Source: Nemertoderma westbladi
Taxonomy: Eukaryota > Animalia > Xenacoelomorpha
Direction: 5' to 3'
Length of the DNA stretch: 33,285 bases
NCBI GenBank assembly: GCA_032718475.1
Contig: JAUCBJ010006268.1
Location: 1-33,285, forward strand
Shown here: one piece after another, positions 11,227 through 22,907 of the stretch
Position numbering within the stretch: the stretch's first letter is position 1
How the letters are laid out: each line of letters starts with the position of its first letter
Translations under genes and position numbers: made by a program
Notes under the pieces: model-generated
Databases searched by the model: none
Seen by the model: the letters and a program-made list of their open reading frames with translations, nothing else
What the model was told of the DNA's origin: nothing

Positions 11227-11726
11227 ATGGGAGAAAAAGATGGGCCGCGTTCTACAATACCAGCACTCAATACTAAAGAGTCGCAAAATACGGAATTCGA
11301 AAAATACGATCTCAAACAAAGTCTGGGACAGGGCAGTTTCGGTCTCGTAAAACTCGCATTCAACAAGGACGACGATAAATATTACGCAATGAAGTGCATT
11401 TCTAAAAAAAAGATTCTCCGAAAGACGGTGTTACAGAGGAGATCGCCGGGGATGTCGAAGAAAACCGAGAAAGAAAACGGGATGAGTAAAGTATACCGGG
11501 AAATAGCCATCCTGAAAAAGTTGGACCACGAAAATGTTGTGCGATTGGTGGAAGTTCTGGATGACAGCAGTGAGGACAACATGTATATGGTATTCGAATA
11601 CCACGAGCATGGGGAGGTCATGGATGTGCCAACAGATAGCCCGTTCCCAGAGCAGATAGCAAGGAAATACTTTATCGATTGTATACTGGGGTTGGAATTC
11701 CTACATTACAATAATATTATACACAG
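11227..11726 (+). CDS. CAMKK: Calcium/calmodulin-dependent protein kinase kinase, exon 1
   Basis: Contains GQGSFGLVKLA, YYAMKCISKKK, an R/P-containing insert and VYREIAILKKLDHENVVRLVEVLDD. Ends IIH-AG|GTATGT (phase 2). Confidence 0.92.
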
Positions 11727-12063
11727 GTATGTAACTGTATACTTTACAGGGACGATACAAAATATTTTTTCATGAAACGATACGATACGAATGTGATTTT
11801 GAGGAAAATAGAAAGGATACAAAAACAAAATAATATTGTTTACAAAATTTTTTGTTAGGCCCCTAGCCTATCTCTTCATCAGATTATATATATTAAATAT
11901 TCTAAGATAATCTTTTTCTCATTTTTCTTCTTTCTTTTTCAAAAGTGCAATTTTAATAGAAAATAAATTATGGGAATAAATATCTAAAATTAATTGGATC
12001 CAACCACAGTACGTTAAGGTTTAGTTCCTTTATATGCAGCTGTCTTACCTGATTTGTTTACTA

Positions 12064-13760
12064 CAGTTATGTTCTCAATTAAAGTCCATTCTTCAATCTG
12101 CTCAATTTCATCAATCTGGAAATATCTTTCATGACGCCGCAGGTTTCTAGCCCACTGAGTGATTGACAGGCGGACATGGTTGGCTCCCCAAAATAGAGCC
12201 GTTGGTTTAAAAGAGATTATTGCAGGGATCAGATAATTATGGGGCACTTGCAAGCAAATAAAGTATATGTAGTAAGCATAATTATTTATAACTGTTACAA
12301 ATTACATGTTTTACTCACTGATTACATTTAGACTAGCTAATAAAGAGATCATTCCATAAATATAATTAATTATGAACAAGAACAATTATTTTTTGTTTGA
12401 ATATTATTTATAGGTAACAATCAATCTATCAAACATTCGCAGGGGCGCAGGGGTCTGTTTTAATATTGATTGCAAGGTAGCGGAGGGTGGGAAACGACAA
12501 GTAACAAAAAATGGCAACATAATCGATAGACGCTTTAGTGCGAACTGCCCTGAGTGAAAATTATATTTAACCTACCTAGTGTAACCGCCCCCGCCCATGC
12601 CTAACTTTAACTTCCTACACTCACATCTCTCTATCTACGTATGCAGGGCATGCGGGTATGCGGCCCACAGAAAAGACAAGTCTTTCCTACTGTACTTATC
12701 AATTTCCTCTTGCTGCATAGGCTATTGTCTAACTAAGCAAGGGGGTTATTATGATACTCGTTAACTCGTTACACAGTTTGTACAGTCTACACGGCGATTT
12801 CTAGACATTCAATAGGTATGTAGAATACGATGTATTAACCACCATGGCCATGGCATGTCCGGGCCTAATGCACGTGGCGGCCAAACGTGGGGGGGGGGGG
12901 GGGGGGGGCATTTCCTACTCCTTGCAATCCAATTAGCTCTGCGGAGGTGCCTCAAGTCTATATAACGAATGTGTTGGAATATAGCGGTTAAACAAAGTAA
13001 CAAAGGTTTGGACGTCAAGGACATAACTAACTGACTGCGACTAACTGCTGTTAAACTAACTGAGAAACGAATGTTAGGACATTCGGTTTCTTTAGTTTCA
13101 GAAAATTAAGAATATTGATTCTGCTTTTAAATTTTAAATTTGTTTATTTATATAAAGTGGAAAATATTTATCAGTATGACTGTAGCTTGATTAAATTTAT
13201 AAAGGCATTCCTGGCTTGACAGGGCAGCACTCAGCACATTAATTCAACTAGGCGGCAAAAGTGCTGCCCATTTCATTAGTGGCATTGTTACACAAGGCCA
13301 TGCCATGTTGACTTATGGAGTTGGAGAAATTGGACAATATCTTCTGCAGACGGCAGGTGTACTGAACCTCAATTCAGAAAGTCACCATACACAATCTGTA
13401 TTGTTACTGTGCCTGTCAATCACTCTCAAGCTCTGCGGGATTCCAATAGTAGCCTGGCCTATAGAAGTTTGAAGTAGCCGCCCTGCTCTTTGAGCTTAGT
13501 CTACCCGCCTAGCCGCCCTGTTCTTTATTCCTTTAGGTATGGATAAGCCTGCCCTACTAACCCATGGACTCTCTGCACAGAGGGATACTTCGGCTCTACA
13601 TTTTCAATCTGTTAAATCTGATCAATCTAGACGGAAAGTCTGGATTGAAGAAGTTGAAAGTAGGTTCAATTTCATCAATCTAACTATTATTTTTCTATGG
13701 GACTAGATTGACCTAGATTGATGGAGATTGAAGAATGGATTTTAATTGTGAACAAGACTG
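12064..13760. mobile_element. Tc1/mariner-like non-autonomous element in the CaMKK intron
   Basis: 36-bp TIRs at 12064-12099 and 13725-13760 (32/36 identical) begin CAGT and are flanked by TA on both sides. A further inverted match GAGTGATTGACAGGC lies at ~12158 and ~13411. No transposase ORF. Confidence 0.65.
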
Positions 13761-15481
13761 TAATTCACATTAATTATAATATATTCTGATTTAATTTAGT
13801 ATCTTCCATAAAACCATATTGATGAGAAGTGTACCGCAATAAAAAACCGACAGTGATTTATTGCCTGCAAGGGGAAGCAAGGCAAGCGATGAAGCATGTT
13901 AATTTATTGCAGTATTACGTCGCAGAGCGGGCAGCTGTAAATAATATATGAGTACTACTGGGGGAGAAGATGTTTGCAAAAATTATTCCAGTGACTTTTT
14001 GAAAGAATAGGGAATATCATTCATTATCCTCAGTTTATCTCTCCGGGTTTCTATCTCATACCGGATATGTATCGCTCCACATGCGATAATTTATGATGCA
14101 AACCGCGGCACGCGCTATTTAAATTCCGAATTAATTTTTTAATCAGATTAAAAGGACCTGGGCTCTGTATTATTAACAGATATCCCGTCGCATGAGCGCA
14201 AATACACAGGATGTCCACCAACTTAGATATTACAATCCCGCAATCTATTCCAGCATCTGTAAGTCAATTATGTCGATAATTCATAGGACTGCGAGTAAAA
14301 GTGCTGTGGACTCGAATCTGAAACGCAACTCATTATTAATTCCAGGGTGTGTCCTCACGTCGTACAACTTTGAGAAGGGATGTGTGGTTGTCATTTTGAT
14401 TGAAACCTCAATTTCGTTACTGCCAGGCGAACTCGAGAGTAATCCACTGCACGCACATCAGTTTACAGTGAGCCCCGATAAATACGCCATCACGTTTCGA
14501 AATAATTTACTCACTAAATGCTGTTATAAAGAAATCATTGACAGCTTGTGAGCGTTGGTAAACTGGTCATGCTAAATTTGCGCATGAGACACGTTTCCAC
14601 GATAAGTTCAATCAAATACCAAGGGAAATCGCAGCATGTCAGATAATCCGCGGAACATAAATCCACCGGGGAAGGCGGAGTTCGATGTATTTATGGATAA
14701 CTTACAAATGCAGAAGAAAACCCTCGAGTTATGGGCATATAAGGAGTACCGAGGAGGAACCGGGTTAGCGTTTTTCCTAGGCGGAAGCTAATCTGTCAGC
14801 TCTGCGCCGCCGCCTGCCACAGGGCAGGGACTTCATCAACCCGATGTTATTTAATCGACATTATCTATAATTACCGAAAGAGGAATACACCAACATTGAC
14901 ATCGATTTGACAACTTCAAATAGAAATCGTTATCGTCACAACAACACACTTAGATTGTGTTTGCTTTTAAAAGTGAGTTTACTGTGAGTTTCGCAGGGTT
15001 GACTGTGATTAATAAAATCACCGAACAATAAAGTGCTCTTAAAAGGACTAATAATTATGCAATTAGGCGAACCCCTACCTACACCAACTAATATCATTGC
15101 TAGATTGTTTCGGTGTTGCGGAAACGCGTCTACGTTCCTGGCTACACCGTAATGGCGGTTATAGTTACATTTTATTCCATTGATTCGTGCGGCTTGGAAC
15201 TAATTAGGTTGCACCGATGCCGCGTTGATAAACTTCCTGTCAAATAATATGTTTCTGTTGTTATCGATTTTAATTTTTGAGCGAATTCGCAGTGGAATGG
15301 TGAAATCAACATTTCCTCGGTTTCATTTGATAAGACTCGTCATGGCTCTTAACATACTAACATACAGGCCTACAGTACCTACTTAATATCAAAGCTCCCG
15401 CTCCCAAGCAAAAAAAAGCAATACAAAATAATTACCAAATTTAACACTTCCAACACTCCATTTAATATTTTAATCACCAAA

Positions 15482-15762
15482 TGTATTGTGTAACTGGTAC
15501 TCATTTTATCGACCCCAGTGGATGAAAGGCTGAGTGGACCTTGGCGGGGCTGAACCTACAACCAATAGATTGCAGGCCCGGCGCTCAACCAACTGAGCTA
15601 CCCCGCCCTTGTGTTGATGAGTACCAGTTAAATAACTGGGAGCAAATCTTGGGATAGGAGTAGCGCCCACCCCTACCCTCGGGTAGCAGCTATCGAAAGA
15701 GGAGCCTTCGGGTCGCCTCCGGCTTCGGCCGACTGTTTGCTTTTTTTGCTTGTATTGTGTAA
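15482..15762. mobile_element. tRNA-derived SINE with an inverted 5' half and a 12-bp TSD
   Basis: Minus strand 15607-15491 carries a tRNA-like head (A-box TAGCTCAGTTGG, B-box-like GGTTCAGCC) and core CACTCAGCCTTTCATCC..GGGGTCGATAAAATGAGTACCAG. Plus strand 15617-15750 carries the continuation and a TTTGC-type tail. TSD TGTATTGTGTAA is at 15482-15493 and 15751-15762. Confidence 0.85.
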
Positions 15763-15808
15763 ACGTTGTAGAAAGTAAAACACGAAGAGGCAACACGGAA
15801 GCAACACT

Positions 15809-15859
15809 AAGGCTCCCCTCTCTCGGTTGCTACTTGTAAGGCAGTGGGCGCTCCCAAGG
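15809..15859 (-). mobile_element. Diverged fragment related to the SINE 3' tail, in opposite orientation
   Basis: The reverse complement (GGGAGCGCCCAC..GTAGCA..GAGAGGGGAGCCTT) resembles 15651-15708 (AGCGCCCAC..GTAGCAGC..GAAAGAGGAGCCTT). Confidence 0.55.
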
Positions 15860-16257
15860 TCCAATACTTCCACTATCAAACCCTTTTCTTTAAAAGTTTT
15901 GTTTTGTGATGCGAATTAAAACTACCATGTTCACAACCCTATTCTCTATATTAAGTACAAGTTATTACCATATGCCCGCTGTTTCAAAACATCAACTGGA
16001 ATATGGGCCATTAATAGTCAATTTTTGGATCATTATAGCAAATAATATAATATCTTGCCATAACTGTAACTGAGTACTAATTTATACAACCAACAACAAC
16101 AATATTATGCACAAAGTACTATATTCTAAGTATGTATAGCTATGTAATAATATAAATACGGAGCTCCATAAGGGTCATTATCTTTGTGCGAACAACTGAG
16201 TATCTTGTGCTTAAAACTTATCGTTTATTTGCAATTTATTATTATTTTATTTTGTAG

Positions 16258-16837
16258 AGATATTAAACCGGCCAACCTGCTACTCGGCTCTGACGGTCAC
16301 GTGAAGATCGCTGATTTCGGAGTTAGCGTCGAGTTGGATGGGTACGACGATATCCTAAGCGATTCGGCGGGAACGCCAGCCTTCCAGGCGCCGGAAAGTC
16401 TCAGAGAAGACGTGAGAGAGTACCGAGGCTATCCGATCGATGTTTGGGCTACCGGTATCACGTTGTACTGCTTCCTACTAGGCGATGTTCCATTCCGTAG
16501 TCCATCCACGTCCATCCTCGCCTTACACGACGCCATTCGTTCCGACTCACCTTCATTCCCGGACTCGGTTAGCCCGCGAGCACGCGATCTCATCGGAAAA
16601 TTACTTTGTAAGGATCCCTCAGAGAGAATCACAATAGAAAAAATACGGGAGCACTCCTGGCTTACGTCGGATGGAGTTCTACCTTCGCGTAACGCAAACT
16701 GCAAACATATTGAAATTACAGAAGATGATATAAAGAATAGCGTTACTCAACTGCCAAGTATAAAGACAATAATTATGGTTAGGAGTATATTGAAAAGGAA
16801 AGCTTTTCTTAACCCATTCAAAGGGAGTCGTAAGTAA
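16258..16837 (+). CDS. CAMKK: CaMKK exon 2 (spliced protein 359 aa)
   Basis: Acceptor TTTGTAG ends at 16257 and splicing restores HRDIKPAN. Contains DFG, AGTPAFQAPE, DVWATGITLY and the CaM-binding tail ITEDDIKNSVTQLPSIKTIIMVRSILKRKAFLNPF. Confidence 0.93.
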
Positions 16838-17468
16838 ATGCGTTAATGGCGCAAAATGCGCAAAAAACCAACAAACTGTGTGTTTAGTGGGTTTAAAAAC
16901 TTAATTTATTTAATATTAATATGAAACATTAACGAAAAGGACCATGTTACAGTGACGGTGTTTTTTAACCAAAACAAGAAATTGTATTTCATATGCGACC
17001 AATTTGCCCTGGAGGTAACCTTTTTCAATAAAGGTCATTGTGGTCCCTATCTGAAGTAAATGGTCATTCGTTAGTGACTGGAATGCATTTATATTTAATT
17101 AATTACACACTAAATTTTACGCGTGTTATTTAATTTTACAATAATAATATTATATTTTTTTAACTTAACATTTTTTGTTTGTATGTTACTTATGTATGTT
17201 TTTAATAAATAAATATATATTGTGCAGATAATAATTGTCTTTCTTACAGTAATATTTGATTTAATTGGGAAATATAGCTATTTAATTATTACATTAAAAA
17301 CAAAATGGCTTTTCTCGATGACACCTGGAAGAGAAAAAAACAACTATTTTTCATGTTAATACATAATGGTATTCCAAAATATTGCCCTCTTCACCTCCCG
17401 TTATTGCCTTTTACTACTCGCGGTAAACCATTTTACAGGTAGATGATTAAGGCGGATACATTGTGTGT

Positions 17469-17703
17469 AACAACTTAACTAACAACAACTTAACTAACAA
17501 CAACTTAACTAACAACAACTTAACTAACAACAACTTAACTAACAACAACTTAACTAACATCAACTTAACTAACAACAACTTAACTAACAACAACTTAACT
17601 AACAACAACTTAACTAACAACAACTTAACTAACAACAACTTAACTAACAACAACTTAACTAACAACAACTTAACTAACAACAACTTAACTAACAACAACT
17701 TAA
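17469..17703. repeat. 15-bp tandem repeat (AACAACTTAACTAAC), about 15.5 copies, one substitution
   Basis: Directly visible in the sequence; it produces the spurious NNNLT and LLVKL ORFs. Confidence 0.97.
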
Positions 17704-17724
17704 GTTGTGTTGTTAATAGATAAG

Positions 17725-19275
17725 TGTGGTTTCTAGGTCCGTGATTTAATTTCTGATCATACGTTTTAGTTTCAAGATATTGACAAACCTAAAACCTTAC
17801 ATCGGATATGACATCCCCGTCCAGAAATACCCCTATTGCAATAATTTTTGTTAGGTGGTATGCTTTCTTAGTTTTTTAACAGACAGACCGACAGACACAC
17901 GGACAGACTGACATGCAGACAGACATTCTTGGTATTGACAAACATTATAACTGACATCGGATATGAAATCACCACCCAACAAATCCCCTATATCGTGAAT
18001 ATTAGGCAATGTAATGCTTTTTTAGTTTTTTGACAGACAGACCGAAAAACAGACAGACCGACAGACAGTCCGGATTACTTCAAATTTAAAACTGACATTG
18101 AAAATCAAATCACAGTCCAAGAAAACCCCCAATGCGAAAATTTTAAGTTGGTGAAAGTGAAATAATTAATTTGTTTATGACAGACAAACTGATAGACATA
18201 GTGAAATAGATGCTCTAACTTGTACAATTTTTGAAAATTTAGTTAAAACTTTGAAGGCGTTTTTCTCAAAATGAAATTTGTCAGTTTTTTGAATATTTAG
18301 GTTTCTTTACTTTTCTCTACTACTACTTGATGGAATTCAGAAATACCGACTAATTTGACAACGGCGAATACGCTGAACCATTACTTCCCAATATCCGCGG
18401 GGTGTTATTGTTATTTTTTTAATACAAAATATTAATAAAATTTGAATTCTTTTAATTTTTTTTTTATTTTTTTGGTTCCACACCTAGAGACAATTTATTT
18501 CAACATTCTTACCAAAAATTAGGAATATCCGTTTAGCCAAGCTCGAGATAAACGTACCTTTGAGTAAATATTGAAATACATGTAATTTTGACGGCGGGCT
18601 GGGCCGACATTTTCAAACAAAAAATAAATCACCACCATTAACCCTATCTAGACCGGGCTATTTTACAAACGTTATAGGCCCGGGGGGGGGGGGGGGGCAT
18701 TTTAGAAATGCAACCGTCATTTTTGGTGCTATTTTGGTCGCCCCCCCAGGATGAAAAATACAAGTAAAAAAATGTCAAACTAAGAAATTTTGTGTTTGGT
18801 ATGATAATTCTGAAGGTATACGGGTTTTCTAGGTCTCTGATCACAATGAAACTTGGTATAAATATTTCAGGTAATGCAAACCCGATTTTGGTGCCCTACT
18901 GGTGCACCAGAACGAAAAGTACAATTAGCACAAAATTATAAACTGTTAAATTTTGCCTATGGTTTGGTAATTCTGAAGTTATACTGGTTTTCAAGGTCGC
19001 TAATCACGATACAACTCGTGAAAAATCATTCATGGTAACGCAACTATCATTTTTGGTACTTGTCTGGTGGGACGAAAAATGTATGTAGCATAAAATTTCA
19101 AACGGCAAAAATTGAATTTGGTTGGATAATACTAATATATAATATATATACTATAATAACTAATAATACTATAATAACTAATAACTAATAATACTATAAT
19201 AACTAATAACTAATAATGCTATAATAATATAAATTGGGTGTCATATTCGTTATCAGCGTCCCAGAAAACCCATAA
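17725..19275. mobile_element. Composite repeat region, possibly Helentron-associated (HINE/DINE-like) relics
   Basis: Three diverged ~140-155 bp units (starts ~17799, 17954, 18095) each end in (GACA)n. Further diverged ~160 bp units lie at ~18720-19130. A GGGTTTTCTRGGTCGCTGAT-like motif recurs in both orientations (17725, 18822, 18985, 19250). Confidence 0.5.
19149..19228. repeat. Low-complexity (TAATAAC/CTATAA) repeat
   Basis: Directly visible in the sequence. Confidence 0.85.
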
Positions 19276-19659
19276 TGTCTTACAATCAGGTTGATTTGGT
19301 GATGATTTTTGATTATTAAATGTGCTACTTGTATTTTTCGTGGGAAGCACATTGACACATATCCAAAAATTCCCTATACAGATTGTGATACATATTTGGA
19401 ATCCTTGTATAGCCAGCTTTCCATCAGTACCAACAAATCACTATAAGGTTGAAGAATAAGTGTAAGTGGCGCAATATCAAACGGAGACACCTTTTTCAAA
19501 CACTTGTAGCTAAAGAATGAAAGCAAAAATAAAAATTCTAGCTCACCCAGCAAAGATGAGGGAGGTGAAACTATCTCTGTTTCAAATTTCATGCGATCTC
19601 ATTAAGATTTGTAGAAAAAATTGTGGGGGGGGGGGGGGGGGGAGGTGTCACTGAACAAC

Positions 19660-20421
19660 GACACTATATTTTAGAACATGGTGTAAGGATGATGCACACC
19701 AAACACCACGGTGTATCTATGTGGAGCGAAGGAATGAAAGGCATTGTAAAATGATGAGTTCATTTACAATATATATTATCTTTATATATCTCGCCCCATT
19801 GCCACAATCAAAACTTAGTGTAACAAACGGATTCAATTCGGACAACTTTACTTTATATATACTATATAATCCACATCGTTTACGGAAGAAATTGAGATAG
19901 TTCTCCACCCTAGAACCCAATATGACATTTCAATACAAGGTGACCTAAATAATAAAAAACAATAAATATTCTTGATAAAAAAAAACACCCAAAACTATAG
20001 AATTATTAAATATTTGCATTTGATTGTCATGAATTAATTGTAAAAAACTAAACTGAGTCTACTCGTATCAATAATAGATCTTGTTGTACCCTAATCGACC
20101 TTCCAGTTACTAACAACATCTCGCTCCGATCAATAATGCAACACAGAATTTTCCCATGTTTTTACTCAGACCACGAGTACACAGTTACTAACCTTAGTGG
20201 GGTCGATTACTGCAAATAAAGGTAATAATGTTCCAAAATGGGTGACATACCGAGACTTTAACAATATAAATGAGAACCAATTAATATCAGAAGTGAGGAT
20301 CATAGATTGGGGCCCATTATACTCAGCACCAAATAATAATGACAAATTAAAATTTTTCGAGAATAAAATTGAGTCAATTTTAAAAGTATATGCTCCATTA
20401 AAAATGCTCCTTATTCCTTAA
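19660..20421 (+). mobile_element. Degenerate CR1/L2-group LINE ORF2 fragment (AP endonuclease plus linker)
   Basis: Frameshifted motifs occur in the expected order: IQGDLN, ESTRINNRSCCTLIDL, SDH, then VTYRDFNNINENQL..IDW..LY..APLK (ORF 20197-20421). Confidence 0.75.
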
Positions 20422-20616
20422 CGTTTTGGTTTTCTATAACCTTAATTTGTTAAGTTTAAAATTAAAATATTAACTTTAAGGAGTAAATTAAAAATAACTA
20501 TGAAACAAGTTATTCAATTACAATATACATTAAAACAGAAACAGTTTGTTATTCTTTAAGGCGAGTAACTAACTGTGAGTGGCAGACGTTTCTTAGCCAA
20601 TTTACATACAGTTGCA

Positions 20617-21762
20617 CTACGTTATATCTCCACGAGTGTTGGTTTCGTTTGCGGCGCGATAGACTGAAGTCTTGCGTGAATCCTTTCCCGCGCGTATCGC
20701 AAGCCTACGGTCTCTTGCCTCTGCGGTATGTAAACGCCTGTGCGTTTTTAGGTTGCCGAGGCGAGAGAATCGTTTGTGGCAGACGCCGCATTGGTATGGG
20801 CGCTCACCGGTATGGGTCATGTAGTGTCGGTTTAGGTTGCCTTTCATTGCAAACGACTTACTACAAAAAGTACAGCCGAATGGCTTTTCATTCGCGGGGC
20901 TCCTTTGCGCTACACCCTGGGGTTGAGCTCCATCTTGGTATAGAGGAACATTCATACCTCCAGTTATTACGTCATTGTTTGGAGTCTGTGTTTCTAAGGG
21001 GAGATCCCGAGTAGAGTCTACACCGCAAAACAACCTGTCCATACCGCTCTCAGCCGGACATACGTCAGGTTCAATCTCCCATTCGTCTTCCGCCTTAATA
21101 AATCTAATTCCTGTTACATGTGCCGGCACTGCATCTTGGGAAGAACATTTGTCTGAGACTGTAGCGGTAGTGGTAACTGAGGGGCTATCGAGTTCCGTGT
21201 TATAAGTGAATAAATCGGTTGAACTGGTTGTAGTCTGTTTAGATTCAATTAGGTGTAGTCTAGGGTCTGTTGGGTCCATTGATGTGCGTTTTCGTGCGGT
21301 GTTAGTCTGGTTTAGAAGATAAGACGTCACCACAGGCGCCATGTCGGAAGATTTGCAAGACGTACTGGGATTGCAGCAAGTCGCGTATTGTGATTTTGGA
21401 TTATAATAATTCATCGGGGTTGCCGGATTTAATCGGTACCGGTAGCTATACTGTGTCGTCGCCGATGTCCTCATTGGTCTCTGCGAAATGCTGGACTCTC
21501 GGTACCCGGTACCCCGAACAGTGGATGGCGAAGCCGGGGTGGTGGAGGTGTTGTTAGAAGCAGAGGACAGAGAAAGCTGCAGCCATTCAGTAATATGACC
21601 GGCTGTACATTTCTTAACGACGTAATCGTCCAGAAAACTCGAGTTCTCGTCCAGGTATTCTTCGAGAAACGTCCGAACAAACGAACCATTTTCCGCGCAA
21701 ATATTCGCGAACATGGATTTGGTAATCACCAAGGCGTTAGCGGATTCAATAGTTAGCTGCAT
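20617..21762 (-). CDS. C2H2 zinc-finger protein (two fingers), single ORF of ~381 aa from ATG 21762
   Basis: CTFCSKSFAMKGNLNRHYMTH-TGERPY-QCGVCHKRFSRLGNLKTHRRLH has a canonical linker. The ORF is long, GC-richer and stop-free. An upstream exon cannot be excluded. Confidence 0.85.
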   Translation of the reverse strand: MQLTIESANALVITKSMFANICAENGSFVRTFLEEYLDENSSFLDDYVVKKCTAGHITEWLQLSLSSASNNTSTTPASPSTVRGTGYRESSISQRPMRTSATTQYSYRYRLNPATPMNYYNPKSQYATCCNPSTSCKSSDMAPVVTSYLLNQTNTARKRTSMDPTDPRLHLIESKQTTTSSTDLFTYNTELDSPSVTTTATVSDKCSSQDAVPAHVTGIRFIKAEDEWEIEPDVCPAESGMDRLFCGVDSTRDLPLETQTPNNDVITGGMNVPLYQDGAQPQGVAQRSPANEKPFGCTFCSKSFAMKGNLNRHYMTHTGERPYQCGVCHKRFSRLGNLKTHRRLHTAEARDRRLAIRAGKDSRKTSVYRAANETNTRGDIT

Positions 21763-22029
21763 TGTCACTTATTCAGATTCAGTCAAGGACTACCGTACCG
21801 GTATCAGTACTTCACTTATCGTTTGAATGGTTGCTCGGTGACGGGGTGTATGTATACTGGTACCGATTAAGTTTTATTATCTAACTGTTAGTTATGCTTA
21901 CTCAAGTAAAATACTACAGTTCAATTTGTTTTGTAACACTATATAATTAATTACAAAAAAAAGCATTTCACTTTTAAACTAATTGATTGGATGTCGAAAA
22001 GATAGTGGGTAAAGAAGCAACTAACTAAC

Positions 22030-22907
22030 CAATGATAATATCAGCTATGTATAGGATAAAAAGCAACGGACTCAGTGAGTACTCCCTGAAGTAACCCTCG
22101 TAGTTGGGCGATCAAGTTTGTTTTTCTGAGACCATCGAACACCTGGATATAGTTGGTGGAGAGCAAAAGTTTGAGAAATCGTAGGAGACGCCCTTTTATA
22201 TTGAATTGGGTCTTTAATTTGTTGATTAACCTTTCCCTTGAAACAGAATCGAAGGCTTTTCTGAAATCCACGAAGCATGCATAGACTGGCTTCTTGTGCG
22301 GGATGCTGGAGATTATACTGTCTATTAGTTGCTTAATGGGTTGCGCGGTGGATCGACCGGGCAAAAATCCAAATTGTTCACGGGGTATTTTATCTATAAC
22401 AAAGTCTCTAAAGCTTTTGGCGATTAGGCTTGTTAGAATTTTATAAATATTGCAGAGTAGTGCAATCCCTCTATAGTTGTCCGGATCATTTCGTGTACAT
22501 TTTCCCTTGTAAAGTACTTTACATATGCTTGACTTCCAACTGGTTACAATATTTATTGTAAAGAAACAGATGTTGAATAATAGTACCCAGAAATTTAATG
22601 TAAGTGGAAGAGATTTTTTCAGTAGTTCGTACGGAAGACTGTCTGGGCCTCCTGATTTACCATTGGGCTTGCTCATAAATTCTTTCCTTACTTCTTCTTG
22701 TAGGAATGGTGCATTGTAGGGTAATTCATCATGTTCTCCATCGGAATCAGCGATAATATCTTGAACGTCGACCAAGGGTTGAGTATTTGCGAAAAGTTTA
22801 CTGAAATGTGTTTCCCAGGTGTCTAAGGGAACGGGACATGGTGGTTGGGAAGAATGTTTTCGCCACCAAAAGTACGGTTCTTTTTCAATTAACTTATAAT
22901 AGGCCAA
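22030..22907 (-). mobile_element. Non-LTR retrotransposon reverse transcriptase fragment (pseudogenised)
   Basis: Contains KSGGPDSL, DPDNYRGIALL, QFGFLPGRST, ACFVDFRKAFDSV and GLLQG. A 1-bp frameshift near 22080 restores QGDSLSPLLFILYIAD. Truncated before the YADD motif. Confidence 0.92.

Noticed and set aside
14192-14551. 119-aa ORF in the CaMKK intron; a minus-strand GHTLELI weakly suggests a LINE endonuclease
   Set aside because: No recognisable domain in the ORF, and one weak motif on the other strand is insufficient.
15543-15607. Functional tRNA gene
   Set aside because: The anticodon and T stems do not pair properly, and it is joined to a SINE core within TSDs.
15615-15646. Hammerhead ribozyme (TGATGAG-stem-AAA)
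   Set aside because: It lacks the C of CUGAUGA, the GAAA and stems I/III, and is explained as SINE body sequence.
17447-17723. Repetitive ORFs (NNNLT)n and (LLVKL)n
   Set aside because: These are translations of a 15-bp tandem repeat with no ATG start and no synonymous variation.
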